From: Raillietiella orientalis
Taxonomy: Eukaryota
DNA: 64,000 nt
Assembly: GCA_036172245.1 (NCBI GenBank)
Contig: JAYWIR010000012.1
Span: 2,914,001 to 2,978,000 of the forward strand
Reading direction: 5' to 3'
Under the pieces are notes generated by a model. That model saw only the letters and a program-made list of their open reading frames with translations, was not told where the DNA came from and made no database searches. This document shows positions 52,251 through 64,000 of this stretch, piece by piece (positions within the stretch are counted from its first letter, which is position 1; each line of letters opens with the position of its first letter). The position numbers and the translations under genes are program-made.

Positions 52251-53008
52251 CGGCCGACGGAAGAAGCACTTCCTGGAAGCTGCGCATCAGTTACATTCCC
52301 TCACGTGATTGAGGGATATCGCGTCTCCTTCGGGCCGATGTCAGCGGACAAGGATCCAAGAAGTCTTTTCCATTCTCTCTTCATTAGCGATGGACGCTGT
52401 GGGCTGTGCCAAGTAACTTCAACCCAAGCAGCACGGCGATGGGACCTCTTGCGCAACATGAAACTACTCTCATCTTAGCGTCTCAACTTCGGAGTGAGAA
52501 GGATGTGTAAGTGAAGTAGGAAGCCCCTTGAGTCTTAAGCAGCCTTCCGGAGATGCAGTCCACTGATCGGCGATCACTAATCAACGTCTTTCCCATTTTT
52601 TCATCCACTTTATTGTTCTTTCTATTTTCATGGGCACTATCTGCAAGTCGGCATTTCTATCCCGAGCCAACTGTAGCACCGGAGATGAGTTCAATACTCC
52701 AGCTATTCCCGGTCCGTCTCTTTCCGACTGAGGATGCAGTCGTCGCCTCGGCGTGTCATCCAGGATAGCACCGGGTATTTTACTTCAGATAAACCAATCA
52801 AAACGGAACAGTCAGAGACGGACACGAGTCTGTCCTAACCCACAGAGACTGCCCTCTCACAGAACTGGGGAGGAGAGAGGACAGTGAATAAATAAATCAG
52901 TAGGCAAAGGGATGGACCGGGAATAGCTGGAGTATTGAACTCATCTCCGGCATCTCTCTGAAATTTTACCTTTTTGAATTTTACATCAAAAAGGTAAAAT
53001 TTCTTTAT

Positions 53009-53076
53009 GCTAATATGACAGAAATATATGTATTAAATTTAGGATTTAATTATGCTTCATTATAAGGCTATTAGCA
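53009..53076 (+). tRNA. trnL1: Mitochondrial tRNA-Leu(TAG) copy within the NUMT
   Basis: Acceptor stem GCTAATA/TATTAGC plus A; D arm TGACAGAAATATATGTA; anticodon arm TTAAA-TTTAGGA-TTTAA; short T arm. Confidence 0.85.
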
Positions 53077-53286
53077 ATGATTTTTGCATGAGGTTTAATG
53101 TTAATTGAAATAATAAGGTATATATAAATTTTAGAAGTAAATGTATAGTATTTAATTTTAATTATAAAAAAGATTTGAATTAGTAATTATTTTAGGCTTT
53201 ATAAATACGCGTGCCAGCAATAGCGGTTAAACGTGAAAGTTAAATTAACATTGATGTCTTATTAATTTAATATAAGAATTTTTGGT
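53077..53286 (+). rRNA. rrnS: Mitochondrial 12S rRNA 5' fragment within the NUMT (pseudogene)
   Basis: GTGCCAGCAATAGCGGTTAAAC at 53211-53232 is the SSU 530-loop motif in invertebrate mitochondrial form, in an extremely AT-rich context. Confidence 0.9.
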
Positions 53287-55294
53287 GAATTCCGCTTGAT
53301 TTCCGAGGGTTTGCATCGGCCATGGAAGGAGTGGAAGGTGGAGGGGGAAGGGTCTGCTGTCACCTATTTGGTCTGCCCACAAGAGCTCGACGGTTCCCTT
53401 ACGCCCCGCATCTCAGACTGGGCAATTCCATCTCCCTTCGCATGTAGGCGATTTCCAAGGGTTCTCCGGGGTTTGACCGCTACCCTTCTTCCTTCGGTTT
53501 GGCGGAGTCACTGTCCCCCGCACGCGGCAGAGCATCTCCAGCGACCGGCAAGCCCGGAGACCTGACCGTGTCTCGAAGGAGGTCTTCCGAAGCAGCATCG
53601 GGGAACTGGGCTGCTCTGCAGCGATGCGCTCCCGTCCCTGGCGCAGCCTCCCTCATGCCGGCAGTACGTGCGGGGGTGTCTCCGCTGTCCTACGGTGGGG
53701 ACATTCCTTGGGCTCTCTTCCCGCTGTGGGAAGAGATTCGTTTCGGGCGATCGTCCAGTGCACCAGCAAGGTGGTGGTGCACTGGTCGATACTATGGTCT
53801 GCTGGCACTGGAGAGGGAGGACGAAAGCGTCCACCCGAAAGCACGGGATCTCCAAGTTCCCCCTGGGAACGTCTAGGGATTCCATCCTTCTATGCGGGCC
53901 TTTGGCCAGGTTTTTTGTTCCCAGGCTTTTTGTGTAGCTTCGTTCATCTTCGTTCATCGGGAGATATTTTCCACCTCCCGATGGACTAGGTGACCCTGGG
54001 GATACGGAAAGTCACCTTCCACGTTGAAGGAGCATTTTCTTCCACCTCTTCCTGGACCTGACTGGGCAAGAAACCATTTCTCTCCCATACTTTTAGAAGA
54101 AGCAACTACCCTTTTTTTTTTTCATGCATAACAGCGCTGGTCCATCCGTGAAAGCAGGAGTGACTCCATCGCACGCATCCTGAAGTTTCATTTTTCTCAT
54201 CGTTTGCTTAGCTGCAGAAACTGGTTTCCACAATGAAACGGTGGCATGTCAGGTGTTGGCTTTCAGTCGGCAAGGGCACCTTTGCTAGAAGAACGGGAGG
54301 GGACACCTCCTTCGTGCTCCTCCTCTAGCAAAAGGATGCAAACGAGTACGTATGTGTGTCTCCTGCCAAAGTTCAGTTTTGCCGTCTTTCCTTTGTCTTC
54401 CCTCGAGGAATTCAAGATGAGTCGTTTCCTCCTTTTCTCCAGGTCCACGAAAGACTCCATCCCTTCCTCGTTCTCTTTCAAGGTGCTCCAGGGAAACCAA
54501 CGAACCCGGTCAGAGGAGGAGTGCAAGCGGCGTGAAGACCTCTTAGGCGCAGGTGTGTCTGAGAGCTGAGAGGTTGACAAGAGACGTTGGGTGCGATCGG
54601 GAGATTCACATTTTGGAATGCTTCAACTCACGACGAGCAGGATAAGGGATGCTCACGAGAAGTTGCAGATCGTTGCATCCGTGGTAGTGAAGGGATAATG
54701 TGATGGGTTGATTGCGAAACGTGCCGTTTCTTCGCGTGCGATTTTCTTTCGGATGTTTGTTTTGCGTGCCACTTGCTGAGTACCGTGATCATCATGAAGG
54801 AGGAAAGAGAACATTGCCATGCCTACCGATCCAGGTGACGTATCCTTCCTTCCCATAGTCAGAAGGAGCTGACGGCTTTGCAATCGGCAGCCATGTCAAA
54901 CCGAAACTTGTCCGAATCCAGACCATACAAGAGCTTTCCCAAAGAGCACTGCGTTCGGCGGTAGGAAAAGAAAAGGGATGAAGGCGAAGGAGATTCCAGG
55001 TACCATCTGCGAAACAAGAGCTGAGGGGATCTGCTCCAGGGGCAAATTGGGAGGAAATTTTGCTCAGCCATAAGGATTGTGTGAGGCGAAGGGCAAGCAA
55101 GTGTCCTGCCGGAAGATGGTAACGTAATTGTTCGAACGCGACGAACTGAGGATCAGCCTGGGTGTTTTCACGTCCCACCTAAGTGTGAAAGGAAAGTCTC
55201 CTGCGTACACGCCCTCTAACGCAAGAAAAAGGGTTGTTTTCCGTAGAGCAACACCCACACCAAAGAGAGGCACTATCCCTTCCTTGTGAAGCGA

Positions 55295-55719
55295 CGATCC
55301 CTTCCCAGGCGCACCTGAAGACAGAGGAGACGGTGGACAAGGCGATCGCCGCGCTCAAGGAGCAAGGCGGCAGTACCGTGCAAGTGATCAAGAAGTACAT
55401 GGCTCCTTCAAGATGAGGAAGGGCGCTTATTCAGTCGGAAGAAAGCGAGCAGCAAGGCGCTGTCGCGCTCCTCCTCGGCGGCGAAGAAGTATCAGCAGTA
55501 GTAAAAGAAGAACAGCAAGCCTCCGGGAGAAGCGGGCAAGAGCGGCCGCGCCAAGGCAGCAGCTCCCGCCCCAGCGTCCCTGAAAGAAGAAGAAGGCGCT
55601 GACAGCAAAGTGTCGCCTACGAAAGCGCGATCTTCGTTTACCAAAAACAAGACGAAGGTGCTGAGCAAGTGGGAGGCGAAGGAGGCGCCTCCGAAGAAGA
55701 AGCAGCAATATTGAAGTAA
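55295..55719 (+). pseudogene. Histone H1 pseudogene with internal deletion
   Basis: AHLKTEETVDKAIAALKEQGGSTVQVIKKYMA resembles HP...MV..AI.ALKERGGSS.QAIKKYI. It is joined out of frame to GSFKM, the end of the globular domain, followed by a K/A/P-rich tail (KVSPTKA, PPKKK). Confidence 0.85.
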
Positions 55720-56949
55720 CGCAAGCGTGCACGACGATGACGAGGCCGTCGTCAAGGTAGTGACCTCGCACGGTCGGCTCGAAGAAGCGAGGGCTGTTCC
55801 CATTCAGTAGAGGGCACTCAGTGTCGGCTGACTAGCTGACTACTAATCCGTCCGCGGCTTCATGTGCTGCTTACGCTAACGCGACACACCAGGAATGATG
55901 CGGATCGGTGATTCGAGAGATGTGTGGTGTCAGATCAGTCACGACCTACTGCACGACCACTGCACGACCACAGCCACTTCATCAGCAACTTCAACTCATC
56001 ATCTTCAGATGCGACGACCTACTAGCTCAGGCACAAAAACATCGACGTCCAGCTAGCTGATGCCTGGAATCGTTCTGAAACTCCGCCCCGAACTGCTGCT
56101 CCAGGTAGAGGAACAAGCGTTGGATGTCCCCTGTACCTTCCAGAAAGCCTTAACAAATTCGAATAATCCCACACGACACATGAGAGCGGTTGCTGAGGAC
56201 TGGCTCTCCACCGCTCCTACGAAAAAAGGAGAGCAAGAATTAATAGGAGCACGACCTTGGCAACCTGAGACCCAAGGAGTAAAAAGTTGCTGAAAGAGAT
56301 GAAGATTTCTCTGCTTGAAGAGGAGAATCTGGGAAAAGAGGTGGTGTGCTCTGAGATCTGGCACTCCCAACGCATATACGGAAAAGAGCAATTGAGCCTC
56401 TGGCCGTGATTAGCAGTCCTTTGAGAACCGTCGTGTCTTCCTGATGACCGCTCCGAAGTCCACACTCCGAAGATGCTGAAAAATCCCTGCTCCCTTCGCT
56501 TGTTCGTAATCTCCTCCCCTAACGTTCATAGCAAAAAAAACGAAAACACTTCGTGAATAAAACTGCATGGTGTTCTGGACTCTGTTCTTGGGAGCAGCTG
56601 GACTATGAGGTCCAGTTCGGAGAGGCTAATGGCTGTTCGGATTAAGGTTCATCACGATCATGGAACAGCGATTCATGCACTTTCGAAAACGTGCCAGGCA
56701 ACGAGAAGTTAGACAATAACTGAGCGGACCTGAGACCTACCGATTAGTGCACTCGGGTCCCCGCTGTGGCAGCTTGTGACCACGAGTGGGCATCCCGCCT
56801 TTCCGTACCGAGAGCGACTCTCGATACCGGGGATTTTGCTCGCGCCTCTCCTCGACATATCCCTCCTCTCTGCCCTTGCTTGAGGAGCTCTGCGCAGGAG
56901 CCAGCAAGGCGCCATCTCCCTCTGTAAGCCTCCATATGTTTCCGATGAA

Positions 56950-57330
56950 TTATGCTGCATACGTGGATGCTAACATGATGAGGATCGTCGATAATGCACG
57001 AGATGAAAAAAAAGAAAACTTATTGAAAAAGGGAGCGACTCCTCGATTGCGAGAGGCTGATCAGCTTTTGCTTCCTGCGAAACGCCAGGCACATTGCAAT
57101 ACATTCGAGGATCTCCATTCTCGGAAGCTGGGAAGCGGGTGTAGGCTCGCAGTGTGGAAGAAAGACGTTTCCTACAAATTGCAGTTGCTCTGGCAGCACG
57201 GCGCCAGTGAGAGAAGAGAAGCAGCGAGGGAGATTTTTCGGATAGTCTTGGGCAGACAGAGTTCTCGAAGCATGAGATTTCTTCCAGGAATGATTTCCTT
57301 GTAGGGACGTCATTCAGACTGCAGTGAGGA
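56950..57330 (+). mobile_element. mariner transposase remnant
   Basis: EDLHSRKL resembles .DL..RK..ARWVP; IFRIVLG resembles FL..IVTGDE. Confidence 0.35.
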
Positions 57331-57810
57331 AAAAAGACATGCAAAACTCGGGGTCTAGACGATGATAGCACCGCCGACTTCTTCCCCTTTTGTTTTCCTC
57401 TTCCTTCTACTGCTTAAGGCATTTTCAGTGGTCACGCTCCCTCCATAACTTTGGGCAGGACACTGGTAGGTGGAATTTCCATAACCAACCAACAACACTT
57501 CCACAAGAGGGACGTTCAGCATCGGAAGCGTTTTCGCACAGCGTCCACGAGCAGCAATCTGTGGTCCCCTCCTTACCGCTCTCGCTCACCCACTGCAATC
57601 CAGTGGAGGAGGATAAAGAAGCTAGTGGAACAGGATAGTGTATATAGAATAGGAATAGGATAGAGAAAGATAGAGAAGAGCCTGAAAGGATGAGTCTCGA
57701 TCTCCTTCACGATGCTACTTGTTTGGAGATCGAAGGTCGTTCCAGGAGTCCCGAGCTGGAAATCTGATTTTGATGGAGCCGACTTCTTCTGGGAGGACCC
57801 CTTTCTCTTA

Positions 57811-58150
57811 GTGCGTGTTACTCTTCAAGCTATAGGGGGCGACTACGGGAGATGACCACCCTATGAATCCAGGAAAGCTCCGTAAGAAGGAGAGTCCATT
57901 CCTCTTACACTTGAGAGGGAAACCTCGAAAGGAACTCTCGCCCTGATTGTCTCCGAAGGAAATCCCTTAGAGAACCTCTTCTTCATTCTCTCTGAATGGG
58001 TCCCTCAGAGGGGAGCACTCCTCATTTCTTCTCCGGAGGGAACCCGCAAGGGAACCGCGCCTCGTTTCCTCCTCTGAAGAGAAGCACAAAGGGACGCTTC
58101 CCAGTTTCTCTGAAAGGCGCTCCCCGAAAGAAGCAGAGCGTTTTTTAACT
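57811..58150 (+). repeat. Dispersed repeat 'R' copy without an evident SINE
   Basis: Homologous to 24640-24950. Confidence 0.8.
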
Positions 58151-58849
58151 CGAGAATCTCGAATGGCTCCTTGATTCCTAGAAGGATACCGAAAGGTCAG
58201 CTTCCATTAATCTTGGGAGCCCGAGGTAGCTCCTGCGCAGTCTCCCTTGACAAAGCTACGGAGCGGATGGGCTTTCCCTTTCGCGTCCCTTACATCGGTG
58301 AAGACCCCAGTTACGCCATCTTGTCCCTATCTTCACTGCATGGAAAGTTCCGACCGGGGCTTCCCGCTTGATTTATGGCTCCCGGAAAGCAGCTCAAGTA
58401 ATTCGTCTCAATAGAGAGAGGAGATACCGGTCCATAATGGCTCCATGGATCAGCAAATCATCAACTTTCGCGCTCACAGCTCATCGTGTATGTGTGTAGG
58501 GGAGTCTTCTGAGAGAAGATAAACGACGCGGCAGGCCTGACGCAGCTTCTCTCTAGTACAGCAGACTGGAACAGTCAGGTCAAAGCTCCCACACTCCTTT
58601 CTCCTCCTTCCATTCCTTTTCGGATGAGGAGCAGGAAGCCAGAGCTGCCAGCAAGTATCGGCGCGAGTACTCAGTCGAACTCACCCGAGGCTGCTCTCAA
58701 CCGAAGCTGAAGATGCAGCTCAGGAGTCTGAGATTCCTGAGCCAGCATAAGGAGCAGCTGTCAGACATCCCGGTTGTCTTCCTCAGCCTCAATCGATCAG
58801 GGCAATCCCCGTCGCAACCTTGATCTGACCTCGTGCTTAAGGTCTTCCG

Positions 58850-60800
58850 AGTCTTCAGCGAGGCACGCCTCTCGCTCTCTCGGATTTTTCACGTGATTTA
58901 TTTCGAAAGAAGCTGCTCCGAGCAAGCGGGGCTCTGGATGTCGAAGAGCCTTCCACCTGCACAGTCTCGCTCTTGCACAATTGATGCTGTACTGGAAAAG
59001 GCGGTGCGCCCCTCATCCGGTAAGGAGGTAAGGGAGGTAGGAACTCGATAACAGCAAGGAAGCTTCGCCCACCCTCGACTCTGCCTCGGTCCGTCAGGAT
59101 TCTTCAGAACGCAGCATTGCAGCCGGGTGATATCCTCCCAAGTGAAGGAGAGCATCTTGCAGAAAGGACTGCGTTCTTTTACTCCTGTCAGACCACCGCA
59201 GCGGCTAACTGTCGACTCTGCGCGAGCGATTCTCCAGGTCTCGAGAGACCATCGAGATCCTGTGAGTCTCGAGAGATCCGCAGACGCGCGGTTCTCATCG
59301 CAGAGCCTGGTCCGCCCGCTTTGGGCTCCCCAGCCAAACTTCGGAAGACGGTGGCCGTGGCACTCCGGCTGAAGTCCCATTTATGGATTAATCAGCTTCC
59401 TGGGTGCTCCAAGACATTTCGGATCTACAACGATCCCCGGTAACTCCCCGGGTCTCTTATGCGTCAGTTCCGGTGTGAACACGCTCGTGACCAAGCCAGA
59501 CCAATCAGATGTGATGACTCCATAGGACTTTCCCGTTTGCAGGTGACTCCTCCGCTGAGCATGCCGGAAGATTCCTTGCTCCTTCCGTCCTGTTTTACCC
59601 ACCTCCAGGTGGCTCCTCACAAAATCCCAACTGTGAGCTTCGATGACATCACGGAACGAGGGAAGCTTTCCTTCCATCGATAGTCCTTGGCGGGTCTCTA
59701 TCCTCTAAAGCATCCCTTCTTCCCCCTTCCTCGTTTGTCTTCATGTCCCACGAGCTTCTCTCTGCCCTCCCCTTTCGTAGGTGCTCTATCTAGTTTCAAA
59801 GGATCCAGTGGGGACGACCCTTTCCCCTCCTCCCTCTCCGCTCCGTGATTTCTGATCAGTTACCTCCCATTCCGCAAGGTCCGAAGAATTCCAGCCCCAA
59901 ACGAAGGAACACCCCCTAACCACCATGTAGCCCGTGGAATAGCAGCAGGACTCCATCGGGTTGTCCTTTTTTCTTCCAGTTCAGGAATCGCCTCTGTGTC
60001 ACCCTTCCCTCAAGAAACATGGGTGAGGAAGCAGGCATCTCCCTGCTCATTTGCTTGGGCTACGGGAGACCTGCCTCTCGGCCTTCTCCTTCAAGGAATT
60101 GTTGGTGCACAGCGTGCTGGCAATTCTTGCGCTCCGGAGGAGTGCGTGCAACTCGCCACTGTCCTGAAACCTTTAGTTCTTCCCAATTGCTGCGTATCCC
60201 TCCTCTCCCGGAGCGACTATGGATTATTTCTCCATGGCTCGACTTGGGACGCTTCAGTGCTTCAGAAACCTCCATTTCTGCCGAAACAGAGAAGGAAGCG
60301 ACATCTGGATTATGGGTTGGTCTTCCAGACCGAGATCCGGCGCGAATTAAAAGCACAGCTGACCTCTGACTGGCAAATCGGAGTGGACAAGCAGATGGAG
60401 TCGGGGAGCTTTCCCCGGTACACAAGGAGTTCCTCAGACGTCCAGGGCCAGGGCACACTCGGAAGAAGAAGAATTGTGACGGATGAGGAACGCTGGATCG
60501 AAGCGCTCGTGGTCCGGCGCCCAGCTGAGGTAGCAACACCGCTGCGGAGAGAGAAGTCACCATAGTTTGCTCGCTTGAGCACACGAGCAGTCCTGCTCAA
60601 TACTTGAAGGGAATTCTCGGGAATGCAGCCGGCTCGTTAAGCTCCGAGATCGCGGCTGGGAACGCACGGAACGCAGTCTGGCGAAACGCTGCGGGAGAAG
60701 AGCTGCACGCGTGTTGTTTTCCCTTTGGCAAATATTTGGATCAACAGGGGACGGAAGGAAGGATGGGAGCATTGCTAGGGGACGGAGTTTCCCGATGAAT
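58850..60800 (+). mobile_element. L1/Tx1 RT and C-terminal remnant
   Basis: PLIR (LIPK), LRSFTPVR (Q.GF.PGR), RLQVTPPLS (RQG.PLS) and VSFDDIT (YADDIT) occur in order. Confidence 0.55.
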
Positions 60801-61599
60801 CAACGGCTTTGTGCCTACGGTACGGTCGCGGATCCCGGAATCCCTCAGCTGAAATTCCAAAAAGACCTGATGTATCAAATTAGGCGGCTTGGATGATGAT
60901 GATGGCCTTCGACTGCTTGCAAGAATTTTTCCAGAAGGCCACCTCTTCCGGACGATGGGTTTTCGAGACACGAAAATGATTCGGATTTCGCGAAAGATAG
61001 CACCACAAAAAAAAACTCGAGTCTGGATAGTTCCAGATAGAAGGGTTGTAAGAATGGCAGACAAGAAACCGAAGCGTTGGGAGTTTTCTACCTCAAAAGA
61101 GACCCGGTAGGAACAAAGAGAAAAAAAAAAGAAAAAGCGGAATGGATGATTGATGATGGTGCAAGAACTTCTGGAAAGGATTTCATTGTTTTGGTTTCCA
61201 TGAGCTGCGAGATGGCACAAAAAACATGGCTGCCTCTGGGATTTCCTTTAGAGGAATTGGCAGCTTGTTGCAGAAGTAAATAAGGGAAAGCTAAGACTTT
61301 TATGCAATCACAGTTGAGTGATTGAGCAGCAGCTAAGCAACCAGCTCAATTCCCTACTATCCACCGGGAACAGGGACGAGAAAGGTTTTTAAAGAGGCTC
61401 CTCATGAATGTTTCTTGTTTCATGCATCGTAACAAAAGGGGAAAAGCATGAGAAGGATCCTTTCCTCCTATATTCCTGTAGAAAAGGAGCGAAATCACAT
61501 CCAAGAACTTCCGATGCTATAAAGCTGCCGGACAGGCTTGCCAGCTCAGCCAGTGAAAGATGAAAAAAACAGCCGCGAACCCGCGAAAATCGTTGGTGA

Positions 61600-63100
61600 A
61601 TGATTCCTGCGAAGGAGTTTTCTGAAACTTGAAGCACCTGTTAAACACAGCAACTGGATTTAGAGCCTTCTTAGATCCCAGCATCATTTCGGTTATCCGA
61701 CAAACTAGATCAGAATTTTCTGCAAGAGCAAAAGCCGTGGAAGAAACCATTGAGGGCAGCAGTGGAGGCAGACGATTTGCTTTGAAAGAAGCCCTTCGCA
61801 CCTATCGCGGGTACGCGATCGAAGGCAGCAGCTGCATTCAAAGAAAAGTAGCGAATCTTTCGGAACTGACTGAGCTCTATAATGCACCAATAAGAATCCA
61901 CGAAGGACAGATGTCTCCTTTTTTTTTTTTTTTATTGAAAAATTCGGTTGCTTTGCAGTGGTACCGGCTAAAAACAACTGAAGTAGCAGTGGGTAAAATC
62001 TTGCTAGAAATCAATATTCTCCGACACTGATGCCGAAGAAAATCCTCTCAAAATAAATGGCAAGGAAGATAGGGAGGAAATTCCAAGACAGCAAAACCAT
62101 ACGCTGCTATCTCGTGAGCTACTACTATTGCTTGTTTTTTTTTTTTTGGTTTTCGGGTGTTTGCAGTCCCTGAAATCTCTCGAATCACGTAGCAACTACA
62201 GTCGTTTGCATCGCAGAGCCTGGAAAGTTCACAGACGTTCGTTCGTGCACTTGTAATAACTGTGCCGATAAATTCTCTCATCACCATAGAGCTAGTTTAA
62301 ACTCCATCCACTTAATGAGGTTATAAAACACTGCCTTTCAAAATAACCGGTGACGAAATGTCATGGCCACCAGATCGTTCAAATCGACGGGGTGCATCAG
62401 CTAAGGAAAATCATAATTGCACTTTCGAACTTCATTTTTATGGATTTTATTGCCAGACTCATGGAATCTTGGCCCCAGGGGCTCCTAAATGGCTCCAGTT
62501 TCTTACTAGATGAAGCTGTATGTGAATCTTAATGCTTTTTATAGTTTTATTGATTCCAAGTTTATGATTCTAGAAGTCAAACAAACCAGAGCTTGGCAGA
62601 AACCCACTCACTGGTGCGAAGACAACGGGTACTTCCAGGAAGCTATCGGATCGCAACTGCTTGCCGCTCATTCTACAGCTCTTCCAGCTGGATTCCTGTT
62701 TCAAAATCGGGATGGAAAGCGATTGGTTCTATGGAGAAAGAGGTGCAACACTTGAAACTTTCCGAGTACCGGAACTTTTTCGATGTCTCAGTAGATGAAT
62801 ATCAAGGAACGCGGCTTCTTCCCTGAACTGATCTGTTCCCGGGTAAACTCACCCCATCGGCTACTTTTCAGCTATTGGCGACCAAGGCTGAAAGCTTCAT
62901 CTTGCAGTCGAAGTCACCATGGAATCATGGAAGATTATGACTTGATCGTGAAGCCATGGTGAACTTCATAAAGGGATAATGCATAGGAAACCTTTATGCT
63001 GTTCAGATATTTTAACTCTGGTAGGAGGGTGCATCCTGAGTGAAGAGCATTTTCATGTGCTGCCATCTGATAAAGAAGACGGAATTCGGTAGTCCAAGAG
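61600..63100 (+). mobile_element. hAT transposase remnant
   Basis: EDNG (TDNA/G), C..(AH).LQL and VEVT.WN (TRWN) occur in order; very degenerate. Confidence 0.35.
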
Positions 63101-63519
63101 GGACTCATCCCTTCTCTACCACCAACACCTTGATCTAACCTCGTTTAGGTAGAGAAGCATTCCATTTCCAGGCAAAACTATTCCTCCATTTTAACAAGGC
63201 AGAATACAGGAGGACCTGCTCGCAGCAGCATAATAGAACGCACCTTCCGTGCTTGTCAGACGGCCTTCTTTCTCGAAAGACCAGGAAAAAAGACATGCGA
63301 ATAAGCAAAGACCCTCCGATGAGGGCGAGGAACGATGCGAGGTCACCCTGAGGAGGCTCAGGTGACGGAGGAAACGAGCAGCAAGGCGATTCATCCCACC
63401 ATATGGAGCAGCTCAAGGAGAACAGGCGACTGGTGACCTCAAACCAACCGATCCAGGGAGTCAACAGCACACACTTCCTGACCTGTTGCTCTCGAACGCT
63501 GCAGTCTCCGCGCGTGGCA

Positions 63520-64000
63520 CCAAGGTAGCTTCTCAGTCTTTTGGCTAAGATCAAACTGTAGATCCAAATCTCTACGTGGTGGATCGATGCCGAGGAACGG
63601 GTGCGTCGAGAATTTCGAGTCACCCCCTCAGGATGATGTTGGTCGATCTGAAGACATTGGATGCCTCCCTCGTAAAAGCCGAAAAACAAATGACCCATTG
63701 ACAGCACTGGATTGCAAACTGACTCTCCGGACCCTTTCCAGGAATAAAGGAATCACATCCCTTAGAGCTGCACCTTCGCATCTGGAAACGCAGTCGTCGA
63801 GTACCATGGAAAAGCAGGACGATTGATACCTCTCCAGAGTGTCGAGAAGTGCACTGTTAACTTCGGGAGGAGACCCTTCAAAGAAATTTGGAAGCGTCCA
63901 TTCGGGATTCTCTCTAGGGAAGGAAACAAGAAACGGTTTCCCTTACGCGTTCCCCACGGAGAAGAGAAGAAATTCCAGGAGCGGATCCTTCTCGGGTTTC
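63520..64000 (+). mobile_element. SINE plus repeat 'R' composite, copy 3 (runs off the window)
   Basis: GTGCGTCGAGAATTTC...AGGATGATGTTGGTCGATCTG matches the core of copy 2; CCATGG tail at ~63805, then repeat R in the same arrangement as copies 1 and 2. Confidence 0.7.

Larger units (their letters stand above)
52920..53286 (+). other. Insertion containing mitochondrial DNA (NUMT)
   Basis: Very AT-rich ~367 bp block absent from the paralogue at 46024/46025; contains mt tRNA and 12S motifs. Confidence 0.93.

Noticed and set aside
56050..56460. Gypsy gag-like fragment (KLRPELLLQV...P.TFQKA)
   Set aside because: Only weak resemblance; no LTR, protease or integrase motifs nearby.

Overview
This is eukaryotic, almost certainly arthropod, nuclear DNA. 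It is a moderately GC-rich transposon graveyard with no intact host gene; nearly all ORFs in the track are spurious or are frameshifted fragments of dead elements. It is dominated by degenerate L1/Tx1-clade LINEs: one near full-length copy at about 38.5-43.9 kb on the minus strand and more than a dozen ORF1, endonuclease, RT or CCHC fragments. Remnants of mariner/Tc1, hAT and MULE transposases and a tRNA-headed SINE that recurs fused to a second repeat are also present. There is a near-identical 2.2 kb direct duplication (309-2492 and 14074-16257) with an inverted partial third copy. Three captured pieces stand out: (1) a ~1.1 kb bacterial NAD-glutamate dehydrogenase pseudogene resembling Wolbachia/Anaplasmataceae; (2) a recent mitochondrial insertion (trnL-TAG plus the 5' part of 12S rRNA) with a templated junction and an empty-site paralogue 7 kb away; (3) a histone H1 pseudogene with an internal deletion. 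Dead sequences appear to have decayed directionally towards GC, except in a few AT-rich islands. All protein assignments come from manual motif recognition; no searches were run, and element boundaries are approximate.
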